Positions 47,659 through 57,373 of a stretch of 61,784 bases of DNA are shown piece by piece. The notes under the pieces are model-generated. The model saw nothing but the letters and a program-made list of their open reading frames with translations. It was not told the origin of the DNA and ran no database searches. How positions within the stretch are numbered: the first letter of the stretch is position 1; each line of letters begins with the position of its first letter. Position numbers and translations under genes: made by a program. Source of the stretch: a virus (taxonomy: Duplodnaviria > Caudoviricetes); IMG/VR virus record IMGVR_UViG_3300029448_000029, positions 1 to 61,784 of that record; one strand, written 5' to 3'.

Positions 47659-48077
47659 TAGATAGCCCTTATAAGTTCAATTTGAGCAGACCTTGTCTGT
47701 GCCCCATCTGGCTCACCGACTAATCTGTAGTTTAAATTTAATATTACGTTATTTGAATCCATTCTAGACTCATCAATTTCAATTGATTGGAAAATTACTC
47801 TCGGTTCATATAAACTAAGAGCATACTCTATTCTTGTCGAAAGAGAAGCGACTGCCTCTGGAGTTAAGTTTTCAAAGAGAAACTCCGTGATCCCTCCACC
47901 AAATCCCGGCAGAAATGGCTTTTCGCCGGGTGTGGTTAACACTAAATTTTTTATCGCTTGCACGATTGAGTTTTGATCTCTTTTTATACCGATAGCGAAC
48001 GGGGAATCGTCTCCGACTCTTGTGAACGCAAGATCAAAATCAGTGAACCTATTTCTAGTTGGGATTTTTTCAGCCAT
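47658..48077 (-). CDS. gp25: Baseplate wedge subunit / sheath nucleator
   Basis: FTDFDLAF, AIKNLVLTTPGEKPF.P.FG.GI..FLFE, YEPRV. Confidence 0.93.
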   Translation of the reverse strand: MAEKIPTRNRFTDFDLAFTRVGDDSPFAIGIKRDQNSIVQAIKNLVLTTPGEKPFLPGFGGGITEFLFENLTPEAVASLSTRIEYALSLYEPRVIFQSIEIDESRMDSNNVILNLNYRLVGEPDGAQTRSAQIELIRAI

Positions 48078-48096
48078 TTTTCCTCCGTTTTATGTA

Positions 48097-51000
48097 TCAC
48101 TCCTGCGTGTAAATCGGATCAGTAATATCATTTGGATCTTGCGGGGTGCTATCTCTAAAGCAAGTAATACCCATCATGTGAGCCCCTAGACGAATGTTGT
48201 GTTTTATAGAGCCAATCAACCATCTACCAGCCGATCTCTTGCTCGGGTGTTTGTTATCTATGGGTTGTGGATTGACAACCTCGATAATCTGACCGGGACG
48301 AAGCGAGAGATCGCCGGGTAAAACACCAATTGCTTTTTGTGTCGTAAGTTGCATCATTTGTGCATCTCGACGAAGTGGTGCTTCATTTGGTGTGTCCCAG
48401 AAAGTCGCATATGTTCTTGATGCCTCTAAGTATTCTGCAAAGTTTTCTCCCTGCTCTGGACAATTGCAACTATTTGATGCGTTGGGATCAGAGTAAATAC
48501 AACCAAGGTAACTATCTCCGAGTTTCTCTTCAATCAAAGAACACTCGTCAATTTGAGATTCTAACTCTGAAATTTCTTGTGCCGTCGGTTCTTTAAAATC
48601 CTCTTCAGTCAAAATACCAAGAAGTCGCAAATATCGGTTCGTTAAACTTTCAATAAACGATTCCTCGTCCTCTCTCTCCTCCAAGTATCGCTCATAGTCT
48701 AGAACGTCTGGACGGAGTTCTTGCATTGGACAGTTGATATACGGATCATAGTCATCCTCTCCTGTATCTGGTGGTGCAATCACAGGACCATCTGGATTTG
48801 CACACTCATAGCGAGAGCATAAACTAGATTTGTTTCTTCGTGCGAATACAACAAACTGTCCGGAAAAGTTTCTCTCTAAGTCATGAATGTAATCGTCAAG
48901 TTTTACATCGTCTAATGTTGTGGCATTTTCTGGTGGTGTAAACACACCATACTCGGACTCACCGGAAATATCAAATTTCCAAACATATTCTTCAGGAGAA
49001 AATACATCAACATCCTCTGGCGGTGGGAAGTTTTCTTCATTGTAACTCCATAACATTCCAAAGTCCGAGACGAAGCCGTTTCTAACAAAACCAGATCCAC
49101 CCCAAGAATATCGTTGATATGCTCTTTGTTCAAGCAAAGAAAGTTTAGTCTCACCTTGATATGAATTTGTGTTTACAAATTGTTGATAATCACCATCGTG
49201 CCAAATCGAACTCTGGAAATGTTGTTCAAACAATACGTCTGGGCTGACACCACTCATCGGTGCTTTAAATGAGTGCCACGATGATGGAAGTCTCTCGCCG
49301 GGGACTGGTAAGTTATTGAATGAAACGTGGGCCCACTGATTCTCCTCCGTCACCGTTCGATAGAATACGTTTATCGGATCGTATGCCTCTGCCTCTACCG
49401 CTTTAATCGGATAAAGAACTGGCTTAGTTCCAGATTCATAAAGATGATCTTTCCATTTGTCTGTTCGCGTTACAGCAACATCAAACCCAAAGGGATCAAT
49501 ACCAATGACACTCATGTTATAATTCGCAGAATGTCTACCAAATGGTCCGGCAGTTAACTGAACAAGATAAGGTGCGTAATACTCTGTTCCTGCATCTCGA
49601 ATAAAACCATATGGGAATTCAGAGAGAGTGTCCTCTCCGATTGGAGTTTCAAACTCAACACGAATATAACTTTGAACCTCTGCAAAGAATCTTCTCGGGG
49701 ATTTAAATGACTCTCTCGGAGTATACCAGTTTGCTCTGTTCACATAATCATTTAGAAGATCACTACAATCTAAGGCATCACACGCATTTGTGTATTGTGG
49801 TCCGACGTTATATTCCAAATAACCATCGTCTCTATACAACGGTGATTTATTTCCTCCACTAATATAATCATCGGTATAACCAAGTTGACCACCACGACCA
49901 CCATTAATCGAGATACCAATAATTTCTATGGTGAGTTGTCCGTCCAAGTTAAAGTAAATTGTGCTTTCGGCTTCACCTCCATCCACATCAGCCGCGAGTC
50001 GTGCGAATTGATTAACCGAGCCTATCGGTTCATTTGGATCACCCTCGGGATATGAACACGATCCATCGTCCACTGTCGCATTGGGATTATAATTTAAAGC
50101 CGTCGGATCAGTGCAACCAGAAATTTCCTCTGGTTCGGGCGGCTCTGGTGAATCTGGATCTGGAATGTCTGGATCTGTTCCACCACCACCGGACTCCTCG
50201 CCGGGACTTGTCGTCATGGTTGACGCTCTCGTTGGTGTAATTTTTACGATTAACTCGCCGGGGAAACCAAAGTCTCTGTAGAAATGTGATCCATAGTTTG
50301 TTGATAAACCAAAACTACTCATACCAAGATTTTTTGCAAACGCCATTGGATCAAAGACATTATCACCCATCGTATTTGCACCAAGTTGCGTTCTTTGTGT
50401 TTGGTCGCTTGAGCCCCCAAAAGTCATAGGATCAGTATAATCCTCAACTTGACTAAAATAACGATCTTGATCAAGAACTGTTTGTCCCGTATAATAGTCA
50501 AATGGTGTATTGTGTCTGTATGCACTGTCAATCAAAGTTTTAACACCAAATGCCGTGTCATTTCTTTTTCCACCAACGTTGTTTCTGTTGCCCATAAATG
50601 GAGTGAAGAAAACATCGAATGGACTGTATCCCCATCGTCCATAATACCTTCCAACACCGCTTCTAAACGCTGCTGCGTCTGATATTGATACTCCGGGCCC
50701 GAGCAAATCTCCTCCAACGCCGGGTTTACTAGCCCAGTCCTCATATGCAAAGTCTGGTTGATCTGTGTTAATTCTATATCTTTGAACTAAGGGAACCAAA
50801 CCGCTTCCGGCCACGCTCTCCTCATATTGTTCTTGTTCACTTGGTAGTTGTGCAGCAAGATACGTTGGATCACGACCGGTAAAATTATTATTATTAGCGT
50901 TAAGTCCGGATAAGTTTTCTACATCAAAAATAGAATTTAAAGTTGTATTATTTATGCCACTTAATGCAAAGAAGCGAGGTTGCCCTTCCACAAACACATG

Positions 51001-53643
51001 AATAGGATTTCTTGTTTTATCATATGAATATTGATTAGCAAAAGAGGTGGGCATAACGAAAGCATTTTCGGTGGCGTATGAAATATCGCCGGGATCTATG
51101 CCACTTAAAAGAACATTCGGGTTTAGTAATCCATTGTAAGATCCTATGTCTGTATTAACACCCTGATCGTAATATGGGTGAGTCCCTGAAGTTCCACCCG
51201 CAAAATCAGCATACGAAACAAAATATTCATATGATGATTCAACATCGTCAACTAAAGATTCCTTAAGAGCAAAGACTTCATATCTACTGCCTCTGATATT
51301 TTTTCTTTTGATACTTTTTACATTTTCAAAACTTGTTTCTAATTCAGGTGTTTCCAGATATGGTTGTTTAGATTGCACAAATACTCGACGATTAACAAAT
51401 TCTTGCCAAGAATTTAACAGAACTTCTTTGTATGCCTCAACCAACTCTTGTTTTCTCGCATAAACAGAAATCGCTGACGGTCCCCAGTTGACAATACAAT
51501 CATCTGCTCTTGAAATATCACTGTAACCAAGATGTCGGAGACTTCTACTATCTCGTTCGACACTCACTCCTCTTGTGACTCTCGATCCCTCCAATAAACC
51601 ACTGTCTCCTTCTTCGACTTCATCCGTGCTTTCTAAAAGAGAATTTGATGCAGGAGTTTGTGGCTCAGAAAAACAACCAACACATGGGAAAAGATGAACA
51701 CCACCGGCTTGTGGTTGGTATATTCCATGAAAGGATGAATTGTTTTGTGGTGGTGTTGATTGCTCAAATTCAAAACCAAGCGGACTCGCTGCACTAGCCC
51801 AACCGTATGATCCATTATGCAATCCATTTGTGATATTTTGTTGGAAGTAAAAATTTTGATAACGCTGGTAAAGTCCACCCTCTTCTTCATCCTCTGGATT
51901 TCCTCTAATAAAATACGTTTCAAGAAAATCAATGTCTGCCCAGTAATTTGCAAATACTGGATATTGAGAGCAATAACTAATTTGCTCCTCAATACTTTGT
52001 TGCATTCTTTGAAGAGAGTAAAGTGTTGCATCAATTTGAAAAAGCGTGGATGTAAGTTCCTCTGGTTGTTTCAAATTATAGAGTTCACCCATTGTAATAT
52101 TGTAAAATGAATCCTCTTCATCAAACGGGTAACTTGAGATAAAGCCATTTTCATTCGCGTTCGGATTGTTGGGATCATAGTTTACCGTGTCGGTGAAAGT
52201 TCCGGCAGAGACAACATTGTAGTCAGAGGATGCACCCCCTGTGATGCCGTCGTCAAGACCTCGCAAACAACAAACCGAGCAACGGTAAGCACTCCACTTT
52301 TCTTTTAGGTCTTTTTTGAAAGCAAGTCTGGCTCTATTTTCCTCTAGTTCCTCTTTGATTTCAATAATTGATTTAATTGTTTTGACACTTGCATTTGTTT
52401 GATCAAACATCGGCTGCCACAACAAACTTTCATTATATGATTTGTTTGGCTCGGTGTGGTTTTTATCTGACAAGAATACTCTTGCATACTCGTCTTGCTC
52501 ATGCCGCAATCGAATCTTAGGATCATTGTAATGAGACTCGTCAAAGTAGCCGTGTAATGTATCGTATTTTTTAAGTGAATCTGAAACTTCAAATTCAAAG
52601 TCATCATCAATTAGAGGAAACTCTTCAATTCTTTCGATGTCGTCTTTCTCCTCTTGATAGGAATACTCAATTTTTTCAATCTTGTGTCCTTCATAAAAAG
52701 AAGTAAAATCCAAGAAAGGCTTCTCATAATCTGGACTCACTCTCTCATATGTTGAAAGGTATGCACCACCATTCATAAACTCTAAAGGAGTATATTCTTT
52801 TGCTACAATAAATGACGCAAATGAATCTGGCAAATTAAGATTACGATCAAAATCAACATAGTATTTTTTAGGTGTTTCAGTTTCTCTAATGATGCTGTTC
52901 ACTGATCTAAAGTGCCACCGATCTAAGTCCTGCCAAAACAAATAATTTGTTGCGTTTGTGTTGTTTTCGGGAACCGCTCTCTCTGAAACATAGTTCATCA
53001 GATTGATGGGTGACATTTGCTGAACCTGTTTTCTAAACGGGTATAGCATGTGATTCTTCTTTAGCCAAACAGAGTTACTTGTCGGCTCAATATCCATTTC
53101 CTCAGACGAATTTCCTGTGTCATTTGGATCAAAGAATTTTTCTGCTAAGTATTGAACAAGACCAGTTTCATCTTCATCTTCATCCGATGCCGCAATTTTT
53201 CCAACAAAGTTATTCGAGTCATCCTCAAAAATAGTATCAACCGTGTAATTTGAATAAACGTTTTCATAAGATCCAAACTCCACCAGCCACTGTTGAGTTC
53301 TAATGTTACCTCGCATTAAGTCATTAACTTCATCAACCAACGGGGTTACACCGTGAACATAAAGTTTAAGACTTTTGTTTGAGTTTTCAACGTTTGGTGT
53401 TTCTACATCCAACAAAAGTTGCTCACCGCCGACTAATGGAAGCATTTCACCGATTTGCGATGATTCCTCAAAAAGAAGAGTCCCCTCTAATCCTGCTTTA
53501 AAAATATCCTCCTCAATCGTCAACTCATTAAAGATTGTGACGGTTGAATCTGCATTTTTTAAATTTATTTCAACTCCATTTGGTTTTACAATCTTTGCTC
53601 GTAAAATATCAATTGGTGCTGGTGAGGTATCTCTATCGGGCAT
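48097..53643 (-). CDS. Baseplate hub protein (gp27/VgrG-N-like) with an insertion of about 1300 aa
   Basis: N-terminal ELTIEEDIF...LEG.L........EMLPLVGGE.L.L and YLFWQD..RWHFRSV; C-terminal PGDLSLRPGQIIEV...AGRWLI.SIKH...CFRDS are the hub motifs of the gene that follows gp53 in aquatic T4-like phages. Confidence 0.7.
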   Translation of the reverse strand: MPDRDTSPAPIDILRAKIVKPNGVEINLKNADSTVTIFNELTIEEDIFKAGLEGTLLFEESSQIGEMLPLVGGEQLLLDVETPNVENSNKSLKLYVHGVTPLVDEVNDLMRGNIRTQQWLVEFGSYENVYSNYTVDTIFEDDSNNFVGKIAASDEDEDETGLVQYLAEKFFDPNDTGNSSEEMDIEPTSNSVWLKKNHMLYPFRKQVQQMSPINLMNYVSERAVPENNTNATNYLFWQDLDRWHFRSVNSIIRETETPKKYYVDFDRNLNLPDSFASFIVAKEYTPLEFMNGGAYLSTYERVSPDYEKPFLDFTSFYEGHKIEKIEYSYQEEKDDIERIEEFPLIDDDFEFEVSDSLKKYDTLHGYFDESHYNDPKIRLRHEQDEYARVFLSDKNHTEPNKSYNESLLWQPMFDQTNASVKTIKSIIEIKEELEENRARLAFKKDLKEKWSAYRCSVCCLRGLDDGITGGASSDYNVVSAGTFTDTVNYDPNNPNANENGFISSYPFDEEDSFYNITMGELYNLKQPEELTSTLFQIDATLYSLQRMQQSIEEQISYCSQYPVFANYWADIDFLETYFIRGNPEDEEEGGLYQRYQNFYFQQNITNGLHNGSYGWASAASPLGFEFEQSTPPQNNSSFHGIYQPQAGGVHLFPCVGCFSEPQTPASNSLLESTDEVEEGDSGLLEGSRVTRGVSVERDSRSLRHLGYSDISRADDCIVNWGPSAISVYARKQELVEAYKEVLLNSWQEFVNRRVFVQSKQPYLETPELETSFENVKSIKRKNIRGSRYEVFALKESLVDDVESSYEYFVSYADFAGGTSGTHPYYDQGVNTDIGSYNGLLNPNVLLSGIDPGDISYATENAFVMPTSFANQYSYDKTRNPIHVFVEGQPRFFALSGINNTTLNSIFDVENLSGLNANNNNFTGRDPTYLAAQLPSEQEQYEESVAGSGLVPLVQRYRINTDQPDFAYEDWASKPGVGGDLLGPGVSISDAAAFRSGVGRYYGRWGYSPFDVFFTPFMGNRNNVGGKRNDTAFGVKTLIDSAYRHNTPFDYYTGQTVLDQDRYFSQVEDYTDPMTFGGSSDQTQRTQLGANTMGDNVFDPMAFAKNLGMSSFGLSTNYGSHFYRDFGFPGELIVKITPTRASTMTTSPGEESGGGGTDPDIPDPDSPEPPEPEEISGCTDPTALNYNPNATVDDGSCSYPEGDPNEPIGSVNQFARLAADVDGGEAESTIYFNLDGQLTIEIIGISINGGRGGQLGYTDDYISGGNKSPLYRDDGYLEYNVGPQYTNACDALDCSDLLNDYVNRANWYTPRESFKSPRRFFAEVQSYIRVEFETPIGEDTLSEFPYGFIRDAGTEYYAPYLVQLTAGPFGRHSANYNMSVIGIDPFGFDVAVTRTDKWKDHLYESGTKPVLYPIKAVEAEAYDPINVFYRTVTEENQWAHVSFNNLPVPGERLPSSWHSFKAPMSGVSPDVLFEQHFQSSIWHDGDYQQFVNTNSYQGETKLSLLEQRAYQRYSWGGSGFVRNGFVSDFGMLWSYNEENFPPPEDVDVFSPEEYVWKFDISGESEYGVFTPPENATTLDDVKLDDYIHDLERNFSGQFVVFARRNKSSLCSRYECANPDGPVIAPPDTGEDDYDPYINCPMQELRPDVLDYERYLEEREDEESFIESLTNRYLRLLGILTEEDFKEPTAQEISELESQIDECSLIEEKLGDSYLGCIYSDPNASNSCNCPEQGENFAEYLEASRTYATFWDTPNEAPLRRDAQMMQLTTQKAIGVLPGDLSLRPGQIIEVVNPQPIDNKHPSKRSAGRWLIGSIKHNIRLGAHMMGITCFRDSTPQDPNDITDPIYTQE

Positions 53644-53645
53644 TA

Positions 53646-54620
53646 TTAATTTCCATAACTATTTGAACTAAAGGAAAGAATAGATTTCGTTCCTTCCGAT
53701 GCTCTATCATTAAGAAGTCTTGTTATTTCATTCACAACTGGAGAAACAAACTCCTCCTTTAAAACTTTTATTTGTCTGGACGGAACTGAGTTTTGTGGGA
53801 GTTCATTAAAGTAAGTTTTTATTTCTATCCCAGACGCAATAAGATCGCTCTCCTCACCACGAAGGTATTTTCTAGCGATTGTATTAACATCTGTTTTCTT
53901 TCCCGTTGTAGTGTAACGAATGGTTCCTGTCGGGGAGTATGTTCCCGATGATGTCCAATCGGTCAACGGGCTAATAACTCTACCACTGTCTTTGAAGTAA
54001 ACGGGTGAGTCTCCTAACTTGTCAATTCTTATTGCGGGATGATAATCGTTTCCAGATGAATTCAGATTAGACGTTAGTGTTTCAAAACTTTGATCATCCC
54101 GTGATCTAAAAATATAAAATTCAACAGCATCTGCGCCACTCACGGTTGATCCTAACTGATCGTTACTGATGTTAAGAGTATTGTTAATCACTTCGATTTT
54201 ATTTAAATCGTGGTAGTAATTGTTGACGATGCCATACCTTTCTGTGTTAACGGCTCCACTTGTGTTGATAGCAATATAGTCCCCCGCTTTAACATCAATT
54301 TCATTATCGAAGTATATGGCAAATCCACTCTCATAACTCGTTGCGAAGTCTGCCGATTCGTCTGATCCAAAACGAGGCCATTCAGTATTAATGTCGATAA
54401 TATCGTTTGCGAGTAAAACCAACCAATACAAACGAACATCCCTATACACTTGATCTGCGATCTTTTCCGGTGTGTCACCATCATTTAAACTAAAGGTTTC
54501 AAACAATTCAACTGAATCTAATGTTGCTTTAGTAAATTTTACACTTCTAAAGATATCGACCATTTCGATACTTCTGGTGTCAAATCTGTATTCTATATTT
54601 GGAAAATTTTTAAAATACAT
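53646..54620 (-). CDS. gp53: Baseplate wedge component (LysM-like)
   Basis: MYFKNFPNIEY, DGDTPEKIADQVY.D..LYWLVLLANDIID...EWP, RQIKVLK. Confidence 0.9.
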   Translation of the reverse strand: MYFKNFPNIEYRFDTRSIEMVDIFRSVKFTKATLDSVELFETFSLNDGDTPEKIADQVYRDVRLYWLVLLANDIIDINTEWPRFGSDESADFATSYESGFAIYFDNEIDVKAGDYIAINTSGAVNTERYGIVNNYYHDLNKIEVINNTLNISNDQLGSTVSGADAVEFYIFRSRDDQSFETLTSNLNSSGNDYHPAIRIDKLGDSPVYFKDSGRVISPLTDWTSSGTYSPTGTIRYTTTGKKTDVNTIARKYLRGEESDLIASGIEIKTYFNELPQNSVPSRQIKVLKEEFVSPVVNEITRLLNDRASEGTKSILSFSSNSYGN

Positions 54621-55453
54621 TAGAGCGTATCCCTCGTAAGTGCAGCAGAGCGAGAAATAATATTTCCATCGAGTTGCAGGTTTGGTTCAAGTTCAGTATA
54701 GGTTAACGACAAGTTTGTAACCAATGGCTTTGGATCATCACCACCTCTGCCGACTCCACTGTCCTTGACTGAATAAACACCACCGCCACCTGTTCTGTTA
54801 ACCGTCACCGAAGTTAAAACGGACGTTTGAGGTTGTCCTGCCCACAATTTACCACTAGCAATTTTTCCACCCTCAGATGCAGTAACATACCACTGCCATA
54901 ATGGTGGATGTTTCATACTTTGATTCACTTTGTCTGGAAACGGATATGCGTTTGTTTCAAAACCATTGGCTATTTGTGATGCGATCTCTGCATCCACCTC
55001 ATTTTTTGCAACCATGCTAAAATTAAATTGAAAAGTTCTAAAATTTGCTTGGTTAAAAAGCATTTCCGATCTATCTTGATCAACGAGACCGATGTTACCA
55101 CCAACAGTTAAGTCACGAATAAAAGATGGTGAAAGGGCTCCACCAATAAGAGGAAGTTGAGTTGCAAAAGAGAGTAAACTTCTACCACCACCACCCTGAC
55201 CCGTGATCGTTCCTAATAAAGCCTCAATAAATGGTGTTTCGTTTGTCTTTCCTCGATCAAAATCTATATTCGTTGCAGATGTCATATTCATTGGGACGGG
55301 GAGAGTATATTCCGCAATGGTATCGCTACCAGAGTAGAAGTTACCGCCACCAGAAGTTCTTGCTTCTCTTCTGTTGCTATAATTTTTTGCAACAAACGTG
55401 ATGAATAACTTAATATCTCTAAATCCTGTTGCGGGGAATCTAATTCCAGCCAT
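54620..55453 (-). CDS. gp48: Baseplate tail-tube cap
   Basis: LPVP, EMLF....FRTFQFNF.M.AKN..DA, VLTSVTVN, LSLTYTELE; divergent from gp4 and upstream of gp53. Confidence 0.75.
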   Translation of the reverse strand: MAGIRFPATGFRDIKLFITFVAKNYSNRREARTSGGGNFYSGSDTIAEYTLPVPMNMTSATNIDFDRGKTNETPFIEALLGTITGQGGGGRSLLSFATQLPLIGGALSPSFIRDLTVGGNIGLVDQDRSEMLFNQANFRTFQFNFSMVAKNEVDAEIASQIANGFETNAYPFPDKVNQSMKHPPLWQWYVTASEGGKIASGKLWAGQPQTSVLTSVTVNRTGGGGVYSVKDSGVGRGGDDPKPLVTNLSLTYTELEPNLQLDGNIISRSAALTRDTL

Positions 55454-55462
55454 AATTGTCTC

Positions 55463-55469
55463 CTAAATA
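55463..55469 (+). promoter_or_regulatory. Late promoter CTAAATA for gp4
   Basis: Late-promoter variant 4 nt before the gp4 ATG. Confidence 0.6.
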
Positions 55470-55473
55470 GGGC

Positions 55474-55905
55474 ATGGCCTATAAAACTGTCTACAAACCC
55501 ATAAATGAATCAAAATATGTAGGTGATCCAACCAACATCATTTGTCGTTCCCTATGGGAAAGAAAGGTGTGTAAGTATTTAGACACAAATGAAAACATTT
55601 CACGGTGGGGAAGTGAGGAAATCGCTATTAAATACTTTTCACCAGTGGACAATCGTGTTCATCGCTACTATCCTGACTTCATAGTTGAGGCAATCACTCC
55701 AAATGGGGGTAAAAAAACAAAAATCATTGAAGTCAAACCATATAAGCAAACGATACCACCAGAAAAAGGTAAAAAGAGAAAGAAAACATACCTCAATGAA
55801 GTCACTACATATATGGTGAACGAGGCTAAATGGAAAGCGGCACAAAAATTTTGTGAAAAACGAAACTGGGAGTTTGTTATTCTCACTGAAAAGGAATTGT
55901 TCTAA
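55474..55905 (+). CDS. gp4: Head completion nuclease (TnsA-like)
   Basis: YKP.N..KY.GDPTNIICRSLWER, WGSEEI.I.Y.SP.D...HRYYPDF, IEVKP, VNEAKWKAA, ILTEKEL. Confidence 0.93.
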   Translation: MAYKTVYKPINESKYVGDPTNIICRSLWERKVCKYLDTNENISRWGSEEIAIKYFSPVDNRVHRYYPDFIVEAITPNGGKKTKIIEVKPYKQTIPPEKGKKRKKTYLNEVTTYMVNEAKWKAAQKFCEKRNWEFVILTEKELF

Positions 55906-56465
55906 TGGCAAAAGCAATTATACCATCTGGGATAGATGAATTTAGAGCAAGCATTCTCGGTGGGAACGGCCTTCAACGAGCAAACCGTTTTGAAGTTTTC
56001 ATTCAGGAAGAAAATTTAGGTATGTTACAATGGCCCATTCAAACTGTGAGTTTGCCTGGCAGAAGTTTAGATGGCATATCAGATGAATTGTCTGCTCAGG
56101 GTGCAAACCCCAGAAACATACCAGTAAAACGTGGATATGGTGGTGAACCATCCATTCTTTTGGGTATGTTTCTCGATCAAAACTGGGATGTAAGAGAGTT
56201 TTTTGAAAACTGGATGGATCTTTTTAACCCGATTGATGAAAGTGGATTTTTATCATATGAGGGATCATATACTAATTTAACAAACAATTGTGATGTTCAA
56301 ATTTTATTTTTGGATTTAGAAGACAACATAAAATGGGGAATGAAGTTAATCGAACCATATCCTGTAACAATAATTCAGGAGGCATACTCCGCTGAAATGA
56401 TGAACCAACTTGCTATGTTGAACATTTCGATTGGATTTAAAGAATACACGACGCAACAATTATAA
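55905..56465 (+). CDS. gp54: Baseplate tail-tube initiator (gp54/gp19-like)
   Basis: GLQRANRFEV, VSLPGR, REFFENWMD, LIEPYP; tube-fold motifs; position before gp26. Confidence 0.7.
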   Translation: MAKAIIPSGIDEFRASILGGNGLQRANRFEVFIQEENLGMLQWPIQTVSLPGRSLDGISDELSAQGANPRNIPVKRGYGGEPSILLGMFLDQNWDVREFFENWMDLFNPIDESGFLSYEGSYTNLTNNCDVQILFLDLEDNIKWGMKLIEPYPVTIIQEAYSAEMMNQLAMLNISIGFKEYTTQQL

Positions 56466-56477
56466 AATGGAGATATT

Positions 56478-57173
56478 ATGAGTATTGTAGATCATTTAAA
56501 ATCGGCTTTGCCAAAATACAAAACAAAAATACCGTCGTCTGGTAAAGAGACTTTCTTTCGACCCTTTCTCGTTCGAGAAGAGAAAATTTTATTACTTGCA
56601 CAAGAGGATGGTGATGAATCAACAATCGTGAATGCAATCGCAACAATTGTTGAAAATTGTGTCGAAGACATTGACAATGCGAAAAAAATTCCGATGTATG
56701 ATTTGGAATATCTTTTTTGTCAAATTCGAGCAAAGTCTGTATCGGAAACCGCTGAACCAACATTTGTCTGTCCAGATACAGAGGAAACAGTAAAGATCGG
56801 TATTAAGTTAACGGATCTTAAAATTGAAACAGGGGAAAGAGAAAGTGACGTTAAACTAAACGAAACAGTCAAGATTAGACTCAAAGATCCTGTTGTTACC
56901 GACTACATTAACATGGACAAAGAAAACGCAACGGACAGTCTTATTTCCAAGTGTTTCGACACAATTACAGTTGGAGACGAGGTTTTTTCCGGAAGAGATT
57001 TAACCGATGTTGAAAAACAAGAAATAATTCAAAACCTGACACACAAACAATACGAGGAAGTATATTCGTTCATCGCAAATCAACCTAAACTCTATCATGT
57101 CGCAAAATATAGAACAAAGGATGGTGTTGAACGAGAGTTGAGACTTGAGGGAATAGGAGATTTTTTCGGCTAA
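56478..57173 (+). CDS. gp26: Baseplate hub assembly chaperone
   Basis: LPKY...IPSSGK...FRPFLVREEKILLLA, DLEYLF.QIRAKSV.E, CPD, L.G..DFF at the C-terminus. Confidence 0.92.
   Translation: MSIVDHLKSALPKYKTKIPSSGKETFFRPFLVREEKILLLAQEDGDESTIVNAIATIVENCVEDIDNAKKIPMYDLEYLFCQIRAKSVSETAEPTFVCPDTEETVKIGIKLTDLKIETGERESDVKLNETVKIRLKDPVVTDYINMDKENATDSLISKCFDTITVGDEVFSGRDLTDVEKQEIIQNLTHKQYEEVYSFIANQPKLYHVAKYRTKDGVERELRLEGIGDFFG
57161..57167 (+). promoter_or_regulatory. Putative -1 ribosomal frameshift slippery site T TTT TTC
   Basis: X XXY YYZ heptamer in the gp26 frame just before its stop; the -1 frame is open into gp51. Confidence 0.65.
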
Positions 57174-57190
57174 GTCTTTGTCATGTCTCT

Positions 57191-57373
57191 TTGCAGACAA
57201 TGATAAAGACAAATTCTGATTTATTTTTACACTTTAAAATGACGTATAGTGAATTAGAATCAATGATTCCGTGGGAAAGAGACATTTATATCGAATTGAT
57301 TAAGCAACATATAGAGGAAGAAAACAAAAAAATAAGAGAGAGAAACAATGCAAGAAGATCAGGCATTCCATAA
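57191..57373 (+). CDS. gp51: Baseplate hub assembly catalyst (probably made as a gp26-gp51 frameshift fusion)
   Basis: HFKMTYSELESMIPWERDIYI.L..HIEEEN motif; frame continues upstream as RLSLCHVSL to the slippery site. Confidence 0.85.
   Translation: MQTMIKTNSDLFLHFKMTYSELESMIPWERDIYIELIKQHIEEENKKIRERNNARRSGIP

Noticed and set aside
55474-55905. TnsA-like nuclease as a transposon or homing endonuclease
   Set aside because: Sequence and synteny match the core T4-like gp4 head completion protein; no terminal repeats or other transposition genes.
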